DNA of 64,000 nt from Paraphysomonas bandaiensis (Eukaryota > Protista > Chrysophyceae), in assembly GCA_965644295.1 (NCBI GenBank), contig CBFFRP010000461.1:63542-127541 (forward strand), given 5' to 3'. The notes beneath the pieces are model-generated. The model saw nothing but the letters and a program-made list of their open reading frames with translations, was not told the DNA's origin and searched no databases. Shown here piece after piece: positions 11,241 to 24,710 of this stretch. Within the stretch, counting starts at the first letter, position 1. Each line of letters starts with the position of its first letter. A program made the position numbers and the translations under genes.

Positions 11241-12559
11241 CTACACAGGCTTAGAGCGACCACTTTTATCTATAACTACATCGTTACCAATTTCTTTCAA
11301 TGACCTCGTTGCAGATCCTCTTTTGAGGGGCTGCTGTTGAGACTCATGAGGTTTCCAACCAATCATCGATATGACCTATAACGTTTTCGTAAGAAGCGTA
11401 CTTAACATGTTTAAATAACTCACTTGAAACGTAGCATTAACCTCTCCGTCTTCATTGCCATACATATCTGCATCGTGCACAACGACAAACATTACATAAT
11501 ATGAAATCAAATATGGATACGCATGTTGTTATGCACGAAAATCGTATCCAAAACATCGTGCAGGAGTAAACTCCAAAACCACAGTCTTCACAGTATATGA
11601 ACTGCACTACCTTGATACAGTGTAGCCATTGCCAGGAATGTGTCTCTGCCAGCGGGGTAGGCCTGTCTGTCATAAGCTGCCGACCCTTCTCCCATTCCCA
11701 CTAAGTGCTCCATCAAGACAAACGCGTTTGGATAGCTAACCTAAAAGGTAAAACGCATTATTTTAAAGCATGCACAACGCAAGAACGATAGAACAAGTTG
11801 TAAATGCACAGAATACAAAATATTCAAACTTACGGTAATTGTATCCACATCAATAGTTGGTAGGTTAAAACCAGCAGCTTGCATAAGTGCTGCCATATCA
11901 GATGCCCTTGCCAAAGGAGACGCATGAGGTGCAACGCCACCCGTTCTCTCCATTTCCGCCATGAAAAAAGCATTTCGAAACTCCTCCAGTGTCGACCCCC
12001 CAAGCATTGTTCCTAGAAAAGCTCCATCAGGTTTTAAGCTGGTTTTTATTTGTTTCAACATCGACGGCAAATCATTTACCCAGTGAAGGTATAACGAGCT
12101 CATTACTAGATCATATTTCTCAGGAGACAGCACTTGGCTATCTGCACACGCACTAGAAACAACAAAATCAGATGAAAATAAGTCAGCCTTCGGCTTTGTT
12201 TTCGCATCAATAAAGCTCTTGAAATCAGCAATATCTGTTTGTGCTAAATGTTTGACACCTCCAATACCTCTCTCTACAGCATATTCATTCTGTTTCACCA
12301 TTGCATCATATATATGACCCTTATGACACCCTAAATCCAGAGCCACTTCAAAATCCCTCAGAATATCATCTAATCGATCTACTAGTATATCAGCTACTGT
12401 TGTACGTAAGTAATCATAGGTATCATCTTGTGTATGTGTAGCTGCCCATTCACGTTGACGTTTCTTGAGAGACATATCGAATATAGGCTTACTGCGAGTG
12501 GAATAGGATCGGAGATGAATCCTGTGAGAGGATATGAGAAATTGTATAGAAGATCTCAT
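11241..12559 (-). CDS. NDUFAF5: NDUFAF5, mitochondrial complex I assembly factor (SAM-methyltransferase fold); exons 12559-11834, 11740-11611, 11467-11424, 11375-11241
   Basis: IFDMSLKKRQR, YDYLR, ALDLGC, SSLYLHWVNDLP, LKPDGAFLG, ERTGGVAPHASP, GFNLPTIDVD; spliced C-terminus ...LMEHLVGMGE...ATFQVISMIGWKPHESQQQPLKRGSA. Confidence 0.92.
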
Positions 12560-12694
12560 TGGGTTGTAGGGATAGAATATGTGAGTGTAGAGTGGAGGAT
12601 TATGCTACCCTCTTCCATAACAACATAAGAGAACAAGCAACATGCCTGAGTAGGTAGATGGACACATACACACACACCGTACAAGTCGTCCTAC

Positions 12695-12873
12695 GTATGT
12701 ATGTATGTATGTATGTATGTATGTATGTATGTATGTATGTATGTATGTATGTATGTATGTATGTATGTATGTATGTATGTATGTATGTATGTATGTATGT
12801 ATGTATGTATGTATGTATGTATGTATGTATGTATGTATGTATGTATGTATGTATGTATGTATGTATGTATGTA
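12695..12873. repeat. Perfect (GTAT)n microsatellite, ~44-45 units
   Basis: Directly visible; it lies between the divergently transcribed NDUFAF5 and SET-like genes. Confidence 0.98.
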
Positions 12874-13202
12874 CCGACGGTATTCTGCTGTACTCCTGCC
12901 ACAATTCTTTTAAACGTGTAGTGATTTCTTCTAAAATCCATACTGAAACTACAACCAACCAGTGTGCAGTATAGTAATCTAATTGGACACATAGTTCATA
13001 ATATAGTATCTTGAAGAGACATACATATGGCAACAAAACGGATCAGTTCTAGACTACACTTACGTTTTGCAATCGTTTGCATGTATATACGTGGCACACA
13101 TTGAGCACAATATCATTTTCAAAAGATTGCAATTCCAATACCTTGGATCTGAGGTACAATTGCACAAAACTCATCTTGGTGCATTACTAGACATCCTCTA
13201 AG

Positions 13203-16200
13203 ATGGCACGAAGCAAAACATTTACCATTTACTCATTTATTGCAATATGCATTGCATTTTATGCTGGCGCAGATGTGGTGGAAGAATTTGCTGTTCGTGG
13301 ACCGAATGAGCTCCATTCCATTGCAGTAAATACTTTTCTCGAGGAGCGAAGAAAGAATCCAGAAATTAAAGACATGGGAGATGACTCACCAATCATGCTG
13401 CGCGCAAAGGAGCATGCTATAAAGCGATTTGTCGCACAGGACGAAAATGATCTCATGATCATGGTATGGCATACATAACACAGATAAAGATGTCACTTAT
13501 GTTCGTTTTAATATATACTATATAGAAACCTCTCTCTGATAGTGGAGATAAAGTGCTGGCTCTACCGTCACCAGATGACCAGCAATCTTTTCTGACTGCC
13601 GCTGTGACGACAAGAGGTGCAAGTCAGGGCGTAATATCTCAGGAGGAACTGAGTGCTATGCAGGTGTGTTGTAGTTCAATTTACTTATACTATAATAATG
13701 ATCGCATTGTTGTGAAAATATATACTTCTTCTGTAATTCTTTGACCTTTTTTGTTTTACAGGTTGAGATAGGTGAAGATATTGGCATGGGTGCAATATCC
13801 AAAGCTGGTGCTCTGCCTATGGGCGATTCCATGGAATGGGTGAAATTTGTTGAAGACAAGTTGAGACGCGATAATCGTGTCGACCATCAAAGTCTTCTAT
13901 GGGAACTGGGATCTGAAGTGGCTGAAACTGAGCAAGTCAGCAGCGGTGGTATGAACATTTCTCTCGAAGAAGAATTGATGGATAACTTTACGGCATGGTT
14001 TGAGGCCGGTGGTGGAAAATTGAAGTATGTGCAACCAGTCATATCTAAGGAGAATGGTATTAAGTTAGTGGCATCGGAGGACATACATGAGGGAGAAGGT
14101 GTAGTTCAGGTACCCGTCAAGCTCACTATGAGTAGAATCAGTGCCCGGAACGTGCTCATAAAAAACAAAAGCAAGTATTTAGGCGAAGAACTGAAGAAGA
14201 CTTTTGAAAAGAATGAGGTTTGTAATAATGTGGTGTAGAGGTTCTATGTCCTCGGGTTTTATGACAACGATAATGTTATCCTGGAGTACCGAAATATGTT
14301 TAACTATATGTACAATGCTTTATCACCACTCAACATTATACTTGTCACATTCTTGTATATAGGTGTGGGCTTTGTCGATATTTTTACTGCACGAGTGGTA
14401 CAAGGAGACTGCAGGTTCTGGTTCAAAGTGGGGGCCATATCTACGTACACTTCGTATGCGCTCTCTCACTACTCCAGCTCTCAGAGTAAGCTTGCCCTCA
14501 GGATTGCTATGTGTGTATTGACTAGTGATAATTGTATCGCGTGTTTACCTGGTATGCTGTTATACATCTTTATGTTGAGTTGGTGTGGGTTTTATCAACG
14601 ATATATTTTGACTCAGGCGCTGCAAGGAACACGTGCGATAGAACTCTCGAAACAGTGGTTCAAAAGTTCTAACGACTTGAGGTATGTACATGCACAAGTT
14701 GCATAGAAACAAATCAATCATGTGTATTGCGTGACTGTAACGTTTAATGCTGCTGTAACCGGTATATATATATAGATTGTTTGGATATTATTGTAGCTGA
14801 CATGGTTGCAGATTTTATAGCACAGGTTCAGAGGGTCCGTGCAGCCCAACCACTGGTATATGTAACACTAAACCCAACGATAAGTTCGCGGGTACAAGGT
14901 GATACTCTTCTATTTTGTAGTGGCTCTTTTAATATTTGATATAGGTTTGAAATGCACCAGATGCGATGGGCCTACTGGGTTGTGAAGCAGAACGCAGTTC
15001 GTGTCCACCATACATCCACTGGTGCTGTCAACAACTATTGAAATGTGTGTGAAATTCACGCCTTTTTATATATTTAGGTCAGAGCTTTCTTGCTCTGGTT
15101 CCTTTTTTCAACATGATCGAGAAAAGGGTAGACAGCGGTGGAGGGGTGTCTTTTGATCTTGATGGTGGGGTTACGATTCGAGTTGGCACGGGCCATGAAG
15201 AGGGAGAGATTGTCGGTAAGAATCAGTTATTGTGCCGATAAGTATTTTAGACATAGCGGAATGGACAGTTTAACCATAAACTGGCGAAACTCTTCGTAGT
15301 GTTAATTCTCATGTAGGAACGCATCCCGGAAACTTTACGGACACTGAATTCTTCATGAGATTTTTGTCTGGTATTTAATTTCATAGTGGTGTATTGATGT
15401 CGTGATAATTCTGTGTTGTGATAGTCCCAAAGGGATTAAATCCATACAACTCTCTCAGTATGAGTTTACCTGGCGCTCTACCAGAGGTAATGCTGCCATT
15501 TCTGTTTTATTTGTTTTCTTGTACTATTTTAAAGAAATGAACGAAAAATGTGTTCTTTTTACGAACGATTATCTGCTAGGGATCTGATTATCATATATGC
15601 CTTAAAATGGCTGATCAAGATAAGAAGCGAAAGTGCAAGGTACGCTCAAGCACTTTGAAATGTACTCTCTAAAACAGTGGTTGTCATACGCCCCTTTATA
15701 TATTCCGTGCTTGTCATTTCAAGTGCTTTTCGTAGCATTTAAGTTATAATTTATGTTTTTTCAGGGTGACAAAGGGCAGGATCTAATGTGGAAAATGAAA
15801 ACACTGTCTGAGTGGCGCAAGGCAATGAACCTTCCTCCTAGACTTGGAGATCTTAGGTAATTAGAGTATTAATTGGAACTGGAGTTTTCACGTTTACATA
15901 TTATGAATGTTGCTTGTTTCGATTTCTTGTTTCACTCTCTGGTATAGACTGTGGGCGACAAGACTACATTTGTATGGAGATGACGAAGAGGAGCAAAAAA
16001 AACTCTCTGCCGCTAACCAGGTATAATATGAGTATGATTTTTATGTTGCTCAATTTCTTTTACGTTTAGCTTCTTGCTGGTCTACCAGTGTCTACTGATG
16101 ATATTCCCGCAGAAGACCAGCTTATGCTTCTAGGAATTGCTCAGGTTTTTCCTTATGTGGATGATATACATATATTATGCTGAATGATATTACTTTCGAT

Positions 16201-19200
16201 AGATCACCTGCATGTTTTTTATTTATTTTGACACGGTGATTTGTAGAATAATGATGAAGCAATGGCTATGGTTGCTGGATCAAACCGACCACCCCCTCAG
16301 CTTTACTCTGGTAAGCAGTATTTGTTATTTGTAGCCAGCATTCTTTGCTGTATGCCTTCCTGGTGTATGAGTGACACTCTTCCTATTTTAGCTCCTGACC
16401 CGGAGGAAGATCCCGAGGCTCAGCGAGCCATGGAAAATCTGGCCACACTAGCAGCCCAGGTTTCATATAGTATTCATGCCCTTTTCTATATGTTTGATGG
16501 TGGCAACGTGTAGGTGCACATGGTTGTTAGTACTGGAAACATTATTGGAAATGCCACTCGCGCTGTTTTAAATCAAACAAGGTAGATATAATCCGTATTA
16601 CTTTTCCATATGGTTTCTCGTCATATGTTTTCGTATCAGAGTTGTTTTGAATAACACTGTTGCAGGGAATTCTTTCAGCATGGTGTCATTCCTAAGGCCG
16701 GGCTGGATGAGCTGGATGACTTCATTCTTAAAAAAATTGGTGCGTTATTTTGATGTTATAGGAAATGTTATTTTCATTTCACACTGAGATTTGATGTAAA
16801 TGTGCTCATTTCAGGAATGCTGGCACATTGTGGTGTGGACAAAGCAATGAAGATTACGCATGGTATATTTTGTTTGTCTGATATAGCAATGTTATGTTTT
16901 GAATTATAGTCTTTATTATGATATCACAATGTTGCTACTGTTGTTTTATAAAGTCAATGTAGGAAACATTAGCAAGGAGCTAATGTGCGCAATGCGTGTG
17001 CACCTCATGAATGAGACAGAAATGAATGTATTTTGTCCGGCAGATGCCAAGGTATGAACACGTTACTATCTGTGGTGTATTATGGATGTATATGATTTCG
17101 TGCCAAAGTCCTACTACGAAAAATACTCCGGGATATTGCACTTTGCTACGATGAATGTATTTAGTCTGATATGCCTTGCAGGTGTTTCACGAGAATTGTC
17201 AGAACGTAGAGTTTATGAACTATACCGCTATTAGCGTTAACAATGAGCTCAACGTTATTGAGGTCTGTCATAATTATGATAAATGTAACTACATTGGGTT
17301 ATTCCGTTTTACGATTATTATGGCAGGCATTCCGCAGCACTTTGTATAATCTTCTATCGTCATATCCCACTTCTCCTGAAGAAGATAGGTGATGTAACAT
17401 GCTTGGAGTCGTTGTTCTTGCACATGAGTTCTTATTTTTTGCTATCAGAGCTGTCTTGCGAGAGGCGGAGCAGTGTGAGAAAGATTGCGAACATGGTCCT
17501 ATATATCTAGGTGCCATTCGACTCAGACTCAGGTATACATATTTCGATTGTTATTGATACTTCAGATTTTCCACAATATGATATTTTGAATATAATGCAT
17601 TTTTTGGTTAGAGAAAAGGAACTTCTTCAGGCTACACTAGACTTCCTTGATGACCACGAGAACAAAACAGTCAACAATGAAATCCCTTTCCAGCTAGACA
17701 TCAAGGTAACACTATATTCACATGTTTAGGATGAATGTTAAAGTTATGTTTTAATTCGAACAGCGTCAGGAGAGAGAAATAGCTGACCGCATTGCAGCTG
17801 AGCACGCTGCATTTGTAGCTGAGGTAATAACTGTTGACCCATCAGTGCATTCCTAGCAATTACCGATCTTATTAATGTATTTGCATAGATTAAACGTCTG
17901 GCTGCAGAGAAACTTCCACTGGCCGTAGTTCCTGTTGATCTGGGAGGTGACAAGCCGAAAATTAACTTAACGCTGCTGGAGGGGCACGATATAAAAGATA
18001 CAGGTGGCAAATATAATATGTGGTAGACGAATACCCTCTTGCGTACTCAATATATGAGTACTATGTTTTCATCGTACTAAATTCTCAAACAGTTATTTCC
18101 TTCTGTCGGCAAAATAATGTACCGTCCGGTTATGTGAATACTTTGGAGAGCGCTCTCCGGAAGCAGATCGTTAACCCACCTCCACTCCTTCTACTTTTGG
18201 GTAACCTTTTTCGTGTACTATATGCAGCATGTTGGTAAAATATTTTTTTTCTAGGTGTCGTATCTCTCACTGGTGAACGCCATGTACTTGGAATTCCTGA
18301 GGGGAAAAATGCGTCTATTGAGACGGGTATTTTTCATGAGTTCTGCTAACACTTTGAGGCCCTAACACGCATTGTTCAAAACACAGGAGTATTTTGTGCT
18401 CGAAGTGGAATTGACCAAGAAGAATGCGATAATGTCAGTGCTATTGGCTCGCTTAAAACATGTTATTGGTGTGCCCTGATTAACTTATTCATTAGATTAT
18501 CAACATTATGTATTAGTAACTATATATTATCATCACAGTTGCAAAAACGTGTTGAAAGTCGTCTCTCTGGGGCTGATGGAGCGTATACTCGACGAATTAT
18601 AGGAACACTGAACGTCGATGCCCCAGATGGCAGAAAGCTCATGGTATGGATAACGTAAACAACTTGTCAAATTTTGTCGTTTTGCGTACTCTATGTGCAG
18701 TCATAGTTATGTACGCTTTGCGAGTAATATGTTACTGCAGTTTGTTATTCGAGAATCAGAGCAACATGATTTAATTCAATACACTTCCGACTTCCTCGAG
18801 TATTACAAGATGCACTCCATGAATGCCGTAAATATTCTCGCGAATGAAATGCACAAACGGTTCGTAGTTAATTGTGCAGTGGTCTGTTATATGAGATTCG
18901 GATATACTTTTTTTATATTTTGCGCGAATTCTAAATTTTGAGTCTTAGGCTCCCAGAACCGGCACTACGAATTCCTGTCAGCCTTCCGCACCAAAGGTAT
19001 GTTTTCATTTAATGTTCAGTATGGTGGATTAAATGATAGCCAGATCGGTTGAAATTCGCTTTTCCAGAAATGACAACATCACTGCTGTTGTTGCTGGGTT
19101 TGTTGATTTCTACGAATTGGATGAGGTATGCTATGTGCTGTATATTTTTTCTAAGGTTCTCATGTGTTTACAGGGAGCTAAGACACAAATTCTTCGTTTG

Positions 19201-19239
19201 GCACGGGACGGCATGTCACCGGGCACTTTCATGGTGTAG
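13203..19239 (+). CDS. Multi-exon (>20 exons) signal-peptide protein with a Rubisco-LSMT/SETD3-like SET domain and C-terminal repeated domains
   Basis: N-terminal hydrophobic signal; NFTAWFEAGGG...GIKLVASEDIHEGEGVVQVPVKLTMS, LSIFLLHE...SKWGPYLRTL, RWAYWVVKQNA, ALVPFFNMIE. Many short GT-AG introns; ends ...MSPGTFMV*. Internal exon boundaries were not all verified. Confidence 0.7.
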
Positions 19240-20694
19240 ATGCCATTCATTTTGACCTGTAGACCGTTTTGCAGTGATAGAACACGCTTATTTCGCATCA
19301 TAGTGTAGAAGCTTTGCTGATTCCGTGGTTGTGTGATAAACTGATAAGTTTCGCAACGTTTTACAATGTGGTTTTACATGTTATATGAGCTAGTCATACT
19401 CTAACTTTTTTGTTTCACATCTTTTTGTTGAGTTCGGCGAGATCAGATAGTTACAACTGAGAGCATTGACTCTGCTGTCAGATTGGTTTTTGATGGTTGT
19501 TTTTCCATCAGTTATGTCTCGTGATCATGCAGAACTATCATATACCAGTGAACAAGGCCTTTGAAATGAAACAGTAGAATACAATAGTTTAACATAGTAT
19601 TATATATTATATTATGCTACTGAGAAAAAGAATCAAAATTATCGTGGACTGGAAGAGAGATCTATGGATTCAGGGGACAACACGTCAGCCGCCGCTAGAA
19701 CTAGAATACAAGAAGGAGGATGTTGAGAGGAGAATGGAATAATAGTATATACGTATATACATTATACATTGATTCAATATTTGGTGCTGGTCAACCTGCG
19801 GCTCTAGCGAATGAGCGACCCTTTGAAAGAATTGCTTACTATTGGTGATTTGATATCTAGGTTTAAACCGGTATACCCTTTACCCTTTAGGGGTATATCA
19901 ATACACCTTCCATCTTCTTTTTGTTTTTCTAACATAAGCCATCATGCGCAGCCTTCTTACCTTGACTCCAACGGCTTTGCGAATACTTCTCCAGCGTCCT
20001 TCTTCACGGCTTTGAAACCGACTTTTTTGTTGTTCGTGACCGTTCAGTTCACGAGGTGCGTAAAAAATGAAAATAAAAGTTCTTGTAATATATATAAAAA
20101 CTAAAATAAGATGCAGATTTCTAAAATATATCCAATTATTGATCTTCTTGAACAAAACAACGATGGAGTTTCTCAAGAGACGTGGAGTCGTATGTGCATG
20201 CTTTATTTCTTATATTTTTACACCCGCCACAACTATAAAGAGCTCAATCTGGAAAACTTTACGATTTTTTGGTGTTTGCAGCTTAAAGCTGGAATTTCAA
20301 TTTTTTAAATTAAAATTGTATTAAACTGTATACGGTTTACATTTCTTGTCGACTTCCCACGACTTGACAACTTCATAAGTTATATAAAATGGTTCGTAGC
20401 CCACTTACAACATCTAAAGAGAAGTTCTAAACCTGTATGCCCTTTAGGGTTAGGTGTTCAAACTTAGGAAAACAGGAGTTAAGTCATTATTAAGATTCTA
20501 TTGTTTTATAAAGGCAGTTAAAGGAGTATGAAGTCACTTATTATTCCTACATTTTTTCAAATAAAAATTAAAAATAGTTACTGTATTAAGTTTTCGTATT
20601 CTTTTAACCCAAGTTTTTTCAATACTTTTGCTCTTATCTCCAAGCAAAAATATGTAATCAGTATTCCACCATCATCCATAGGCAATACTCTTCT

Positions 20695-21040
20695 TTAAGC
20701 AAACAATTTTAAATTGTCGGTCGAGCTAAATTGAAAAGAATTCCAATCTACCACAACTCTTATGCCGTTAGATAAGGTTGCCAAAACTATATCATGCATA
20801 TATCCTATTTGTCCATCAGTAGCTATGATAGCATCTTCAAGAATCCATAATCCATTGGATTGTTCATGACACGCATAACAATGCATCTTTGCATCGACAA
20901 ATCCACGACATTCAGCTGGTTCTCCATTGTTTAGAATCAGTGGCGTTTCTCCCCACACAACCGCCGAGACCTTTACAGGATTCATATGTCTGAAATTTGC
21001 CACAAATAGGCCTAAGTCAGAATAGCAACGTCCGGACAGC
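20695..21040 (-). other. Uncharacterised, possibly decayed ORF with a papain/transglutaminase-like Cys-His-Asp order
   Basis: Open frame LSGRCYSDLG...MHCYACHEQSNGLWILED with no ATG start; weak, motif order only. Confidence 0.25.
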
Positions 21041-21956
21041 CTGCAATGGCATTATGTGAACTTTATTCCAAATCATACCTGTACTAATATCGTACTAATT
21101 GAAACGCACTCATCATATGACTATCACACATATTCCTGATGTAATGATGACAGGAAATAACATTGAATAGTTTGCATGTATTGTAATAGAACATACAGCT
21201 TGTTTTAATTCATTGATATCAAATATATATATATATATGCTTGTTGATGCTGCTTCAATATTACTGTGACACCGGTTGGAAATTCGTGTGATACATATTT
21301 GGGTGAATTCAATACTTTGATATTGTCAACACTACTTTGCAACAACCATAGGGTTGTTAGTATTATTTCATTAGCATCTGTTGCAAGTTGTAAATCATTG
21401 CATAGTTTATTGTTTACTTCAATATTGTGATCGTAGAAGATAGATGCATATATTGTACAGCAAGGACAGCAAGGCAAGCAGCTCGAGATAGATCTTGATG
21501 CATGTACAGGTAGATGTACACCCGATGATAATGTGACCGTATCTTGAAGAGGTAGACTGAAATGAGAATGGAGTTGGAAACTATTTCGTGTTAAAACCGC
21601 AGTATTTCGATTGCTAAAATGAAAAAGTTGTAGAATTAAACATAAAAGACACTTTTTCGCAATATTTTTACACACAAGTAGACAAAAAAAAACAAAAAAT
21701 AGCGATTTTTTTTTTAGAATTTTGAATTTCTGCTCACTGCTCTCGTCCCTCTCAGTGCTGCTCATAGTGAAGCAAGCCGCTAAAGTATAAACACAGTCAA
21801 GTCCCAAGTAACTCACTGTATAAAGATGATAGCATGATGTTTCATATATGGATACATTGTCTTGATAGTTATCAGTGTATAAAAACGAAGAGGATATCTT
21901 TAATCAAACAGCTCATCATGTCTTTAGTCTCTCTATAATTAACCGTCTCAACAATC

Positions 21957-21960
21957 TTGT

Positions 21961-21995
<35 letters not shown>

Positions 21996-21996
21996 G
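21957..21996. repeat. (TTG)n microsatellite, ~13 units
   Basis: Directly visible. Confidence 0.95.
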
Positions 21997-22177
21997 CTTG
22001 TTGCTACTCATCAATAAAAATATTGAAACATGTTTGGTATGTAGAAAATTTGAAAAGACGGTTTGATAGCGTTGTTTGTATTTCGGGACGTGTTGCTTCT
22101 TCGTACGACTTCCATGGCATCAACTCGATAATATACACTCATTTAATCTTGATATATAACAGATACACAGATACAAT

Positions 22178-24172
22178 ATGCACAAGTTTTGGAGACAAAT
22201 ATCTACTCCAAGACCATTCATTTATGTGCGGTTCCCTAAATATATAGAGGAGTATGTAAGAAAAAAGGAAGCAGACCGTTTTTCAAAGCTATTCGCTCAT
22301 CCAGTTGTCAGTACTCTCTTTGGCGGTGTGATGACTATATGTGGAGGCTTTCTATCCATGTGGTGGATTAAAGAACAAGAAAAAAATCAGAATAAGAAAA
22401 TAGATAATGAATTGTACCTGACACAATGCGAATCACTGAAAAAACACGTAATGTCTGCTGAGAAAAGTCTAATTCATTCAAGAGAGTCGTTTGTACGTGG
22501 TCTGGGCAAAGATGTAATACATGTTGCATTAGAAAAATCTCATAGAGATGCCCAAAAGGCTTTGGAAATATATGATGGGCTTTCAAGTGCTCGACAGGCA
22601 CAATTCTCGAAAGACCGAGGGTACAACAACATGTCCCTGATACACTTGATATCGCATATTGAATATCACATTGGTTCGTTGTTATTACAAGAATTTGATT
22701 GTACAAATGCCAAATTAGAACTTGCACGCTCTTTGGCTAACCGTATTGCAATCGGTGACGACGGGCAACACGTCGATAATGAAATATATTGCAGTAAAAT
22801 TAAAATTGCCGATGCGTTAAGCCAGTCCCGGGAATTAAGCATTGCACTAAGGTTATATGATGATATAGCTGCACCAATGAAGCAGTCCCATTTATTGTCT
22901 ACATTTTGGAAAGCGAGAGCATTGAATAATATGGCAATTGTTTACTTTGCCAAGGGGCGTGATCAGCAGGCACTTGACGGAATGTCGAAGACGGTGGAAG
23001 TAGTTTCAGATTATTTGAACAAATTAAATGCGATAGCACCAAACTCCGGAGATGTCATTGCTGACATACAGCGACTAAAAAAAATGTTAGTGGAGAATAA
23101 AAAATCATCGGACAGGCTCCCTTGTAAAGAGTTTTGTGATTTAGTTTCCCTGGGTTCCGTGAGTACAGTTGATATTTTGCATTTGCCACATATTGAAGAG
23201 ATTGAAGATAATGAAAAGACGATAAAGAACTTGAAATCTGTGTTCAATGACCATCATGTCGCGGTATTTGCCTATGAATGCTTGGAACGAATTCGTTTAA
23301 TTACACGAAAGCATTGCATAGCTGCCGCGAACTGTGTGAACATCCAATCATGTCCTTATTCTGATATCTCTCCGTCGTCTGTTTCTTTGGTTGAACTGAT
23401 GAAAAAACTATTCGAGTTGCCATGCAATGATAAATTATACAAGGAGCTGGACAGTGAGTGGGTGCAACAAGAAGGCAGTCTGAGAATGCTTTCAGCTATT
23501 TCTTCGGGAATGATAAAATTACTGGATATGGAATTACGAAAGTCTGGAAGTTCTATGAAGACAGACGAATGGATTATGTTTTTAGATTCACTGACTGAAT
23601 CGCTTGTGAAAAAATCTAATTCAAATGTAAACCAAGTTCCTGATATTCACAGGGCTTATGCTAATTTTGTAAGAGCCCGGTTTTTAATTTTAGTGGGGGA
23701 AAATGATAAAGCCGAAAAGGAACTTGCACATATTCGAGAGTGGACACTTCACGAACAAGAAATTGCCAGGAAGAAGTTAAAGCGTTTGCAAGCAGATGGA
23801 GTCATGTGGCCTCAATCAGGCGTTCCTCCGCGTCATGCGCGACTACAGGTATCCAGCCTTTTAATGCTCATGAGCTTACAACCCGAAGGATATTCCCAAG
23901 ATGATAAAGCAGCTCTGGATTTTGCTTTGGAATCGTTTCATATGGAAAGCGATGAACACCCTCTGTTAAATGCTGCTAACTCCGCGAAAAACGATTCAAG
24001 TTTTCACTGTTCCTGGTTCCTGAAATTTCCTTCTCAGTCTGCATGTGCGGTCCCAGGAACATCGGTGCATAAGGATGATAATTTAATTGACTACAGTCAA
24101 TTGCTAATTGATGCTGAAGCATCTGCAAAAAAGTGGGAAAATCTGCCTGACAACAATTTTGGTGAAGCTTAA
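22178..24172 (+). CDS. Hypothetical TPR-like helical protein with an N-terminal transmembrane segment
   Basis: 664-aa intronless ORF; TM segment VVSTLFGGVMTICGGFLSMWWI; TPR-like ARALNNMAIVYFAKGRDQQAL and AKLELARSLANR. Confidence 0.7.
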   Translation: MHKFWRQISTPRPFIYVRFPKYIEEYVRKKEADRFSKLFAHPVVSTLFGGVMTICGGFLSMWWIKEQEKNQNKKIDNELYLTQCESLKKHVMSAEKSLIHSRESFVRGLGKDVIHVALEKSHRDAQKALEIYDGLSSARQAQFSKDRGYNNMSLIHLISHIEYHIGSLLLQEFDCTNAKLELARSLANRIAIGDDGQHVDNEIYCSKIKIADALSQSRELSIALRLYDDIAAPMKQSHLLSTFWKARALNNMAIVYFAKGRDQQALDGMSKTVEVVSDYLNKLNAIAPNSGDVIADIQRLKKMLVENKKSSDRLPCKEFCDLVSLGSVSTVDILHLPHIEEIEDNEKTIKNLKSVFNDHHVAVFAYECLERIRLITRKHCIAAANCVNIQSCPYSDISPSSVSLVELMKKLFELPCNDKLYKELDSEWVQQEGSLRMLSAISSGMIKLLDMELRKSGSSMKTDEWIMFLDSLTESLVKKSNSNVNQVPDIHRAYANFVRARFLILVGENDKAEKELAHIREWTLHEQEIARKKLKRLQADGVMWPQSGVPPRHARLQVSSLLMLMSLQPEGYSQDDKAALDFALESFHMESDEHPLLNAANSAKNDSSFHCSWFLKFPSQSACAVPGTSVHKDDNLIDYSQLLIDAEASAKKWENLPDNNFGEA

Positions 24173-24710
24173 TAGCAGTGGAATTGTGCGTTTTTTTGTT
24201 TTTTAGTTATTATTAGATATACCTTCTATTTATAGTTGGCTATTTACCTTTCAAAACTATGAAATAGAGAAGGAGTTGATTACTAATAATACAGATCTAG
24301 TCCTTGATTACTCTACTAGAAACACGATCTTAATTTGAGAGACCCCGTATTACTCGTGAAGATGACTCGAAAGATTTAAGTTTAAAGAAGAGTGTTGATC
24401 TATGCAGTGGGTCTTGAGCAGAATTCAAAATAGCTAAGCACAATTATTCTACTTAATGCAATGTATAGTTTTTATGAGGGGCCGTTAAATACTGCAGATT
24501 GTGACACCTTATTATTTATTACTTGATATAAGATTTGCGCCACTTAACATCCGCAGCCAAGTGTACGAATATAATTCATGGCAAAATAGCTACCGACCAA
24601 GCAGATAGATAATCCCCACTCACTTAACCAAAACGTTTTCCAGTTTATGATAATAATAATCAATATGCTTCTACTTCCAGGTACTCTAAACAATTTCTAT
24701 TCGCATATCG

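Noticed and set aside
12600-13036. ORFs with MYVC/HTYI repeats
   Set aside because: They are translations of the (GTAT)n microsatellite.
20443-20454. TTTAGGGTTAGG as an interstitial telomere
   Set aside because: Under two units; expected by chance.
21640-21820. Possible TA-CAGTG Tc1/mariner terminus (…CTCACTGTA) and the 203-aa ORF 21205..21816
   Set aside because: No matching second TIR was found, and the ORF has non-coding-like composition with no recognisable motif.
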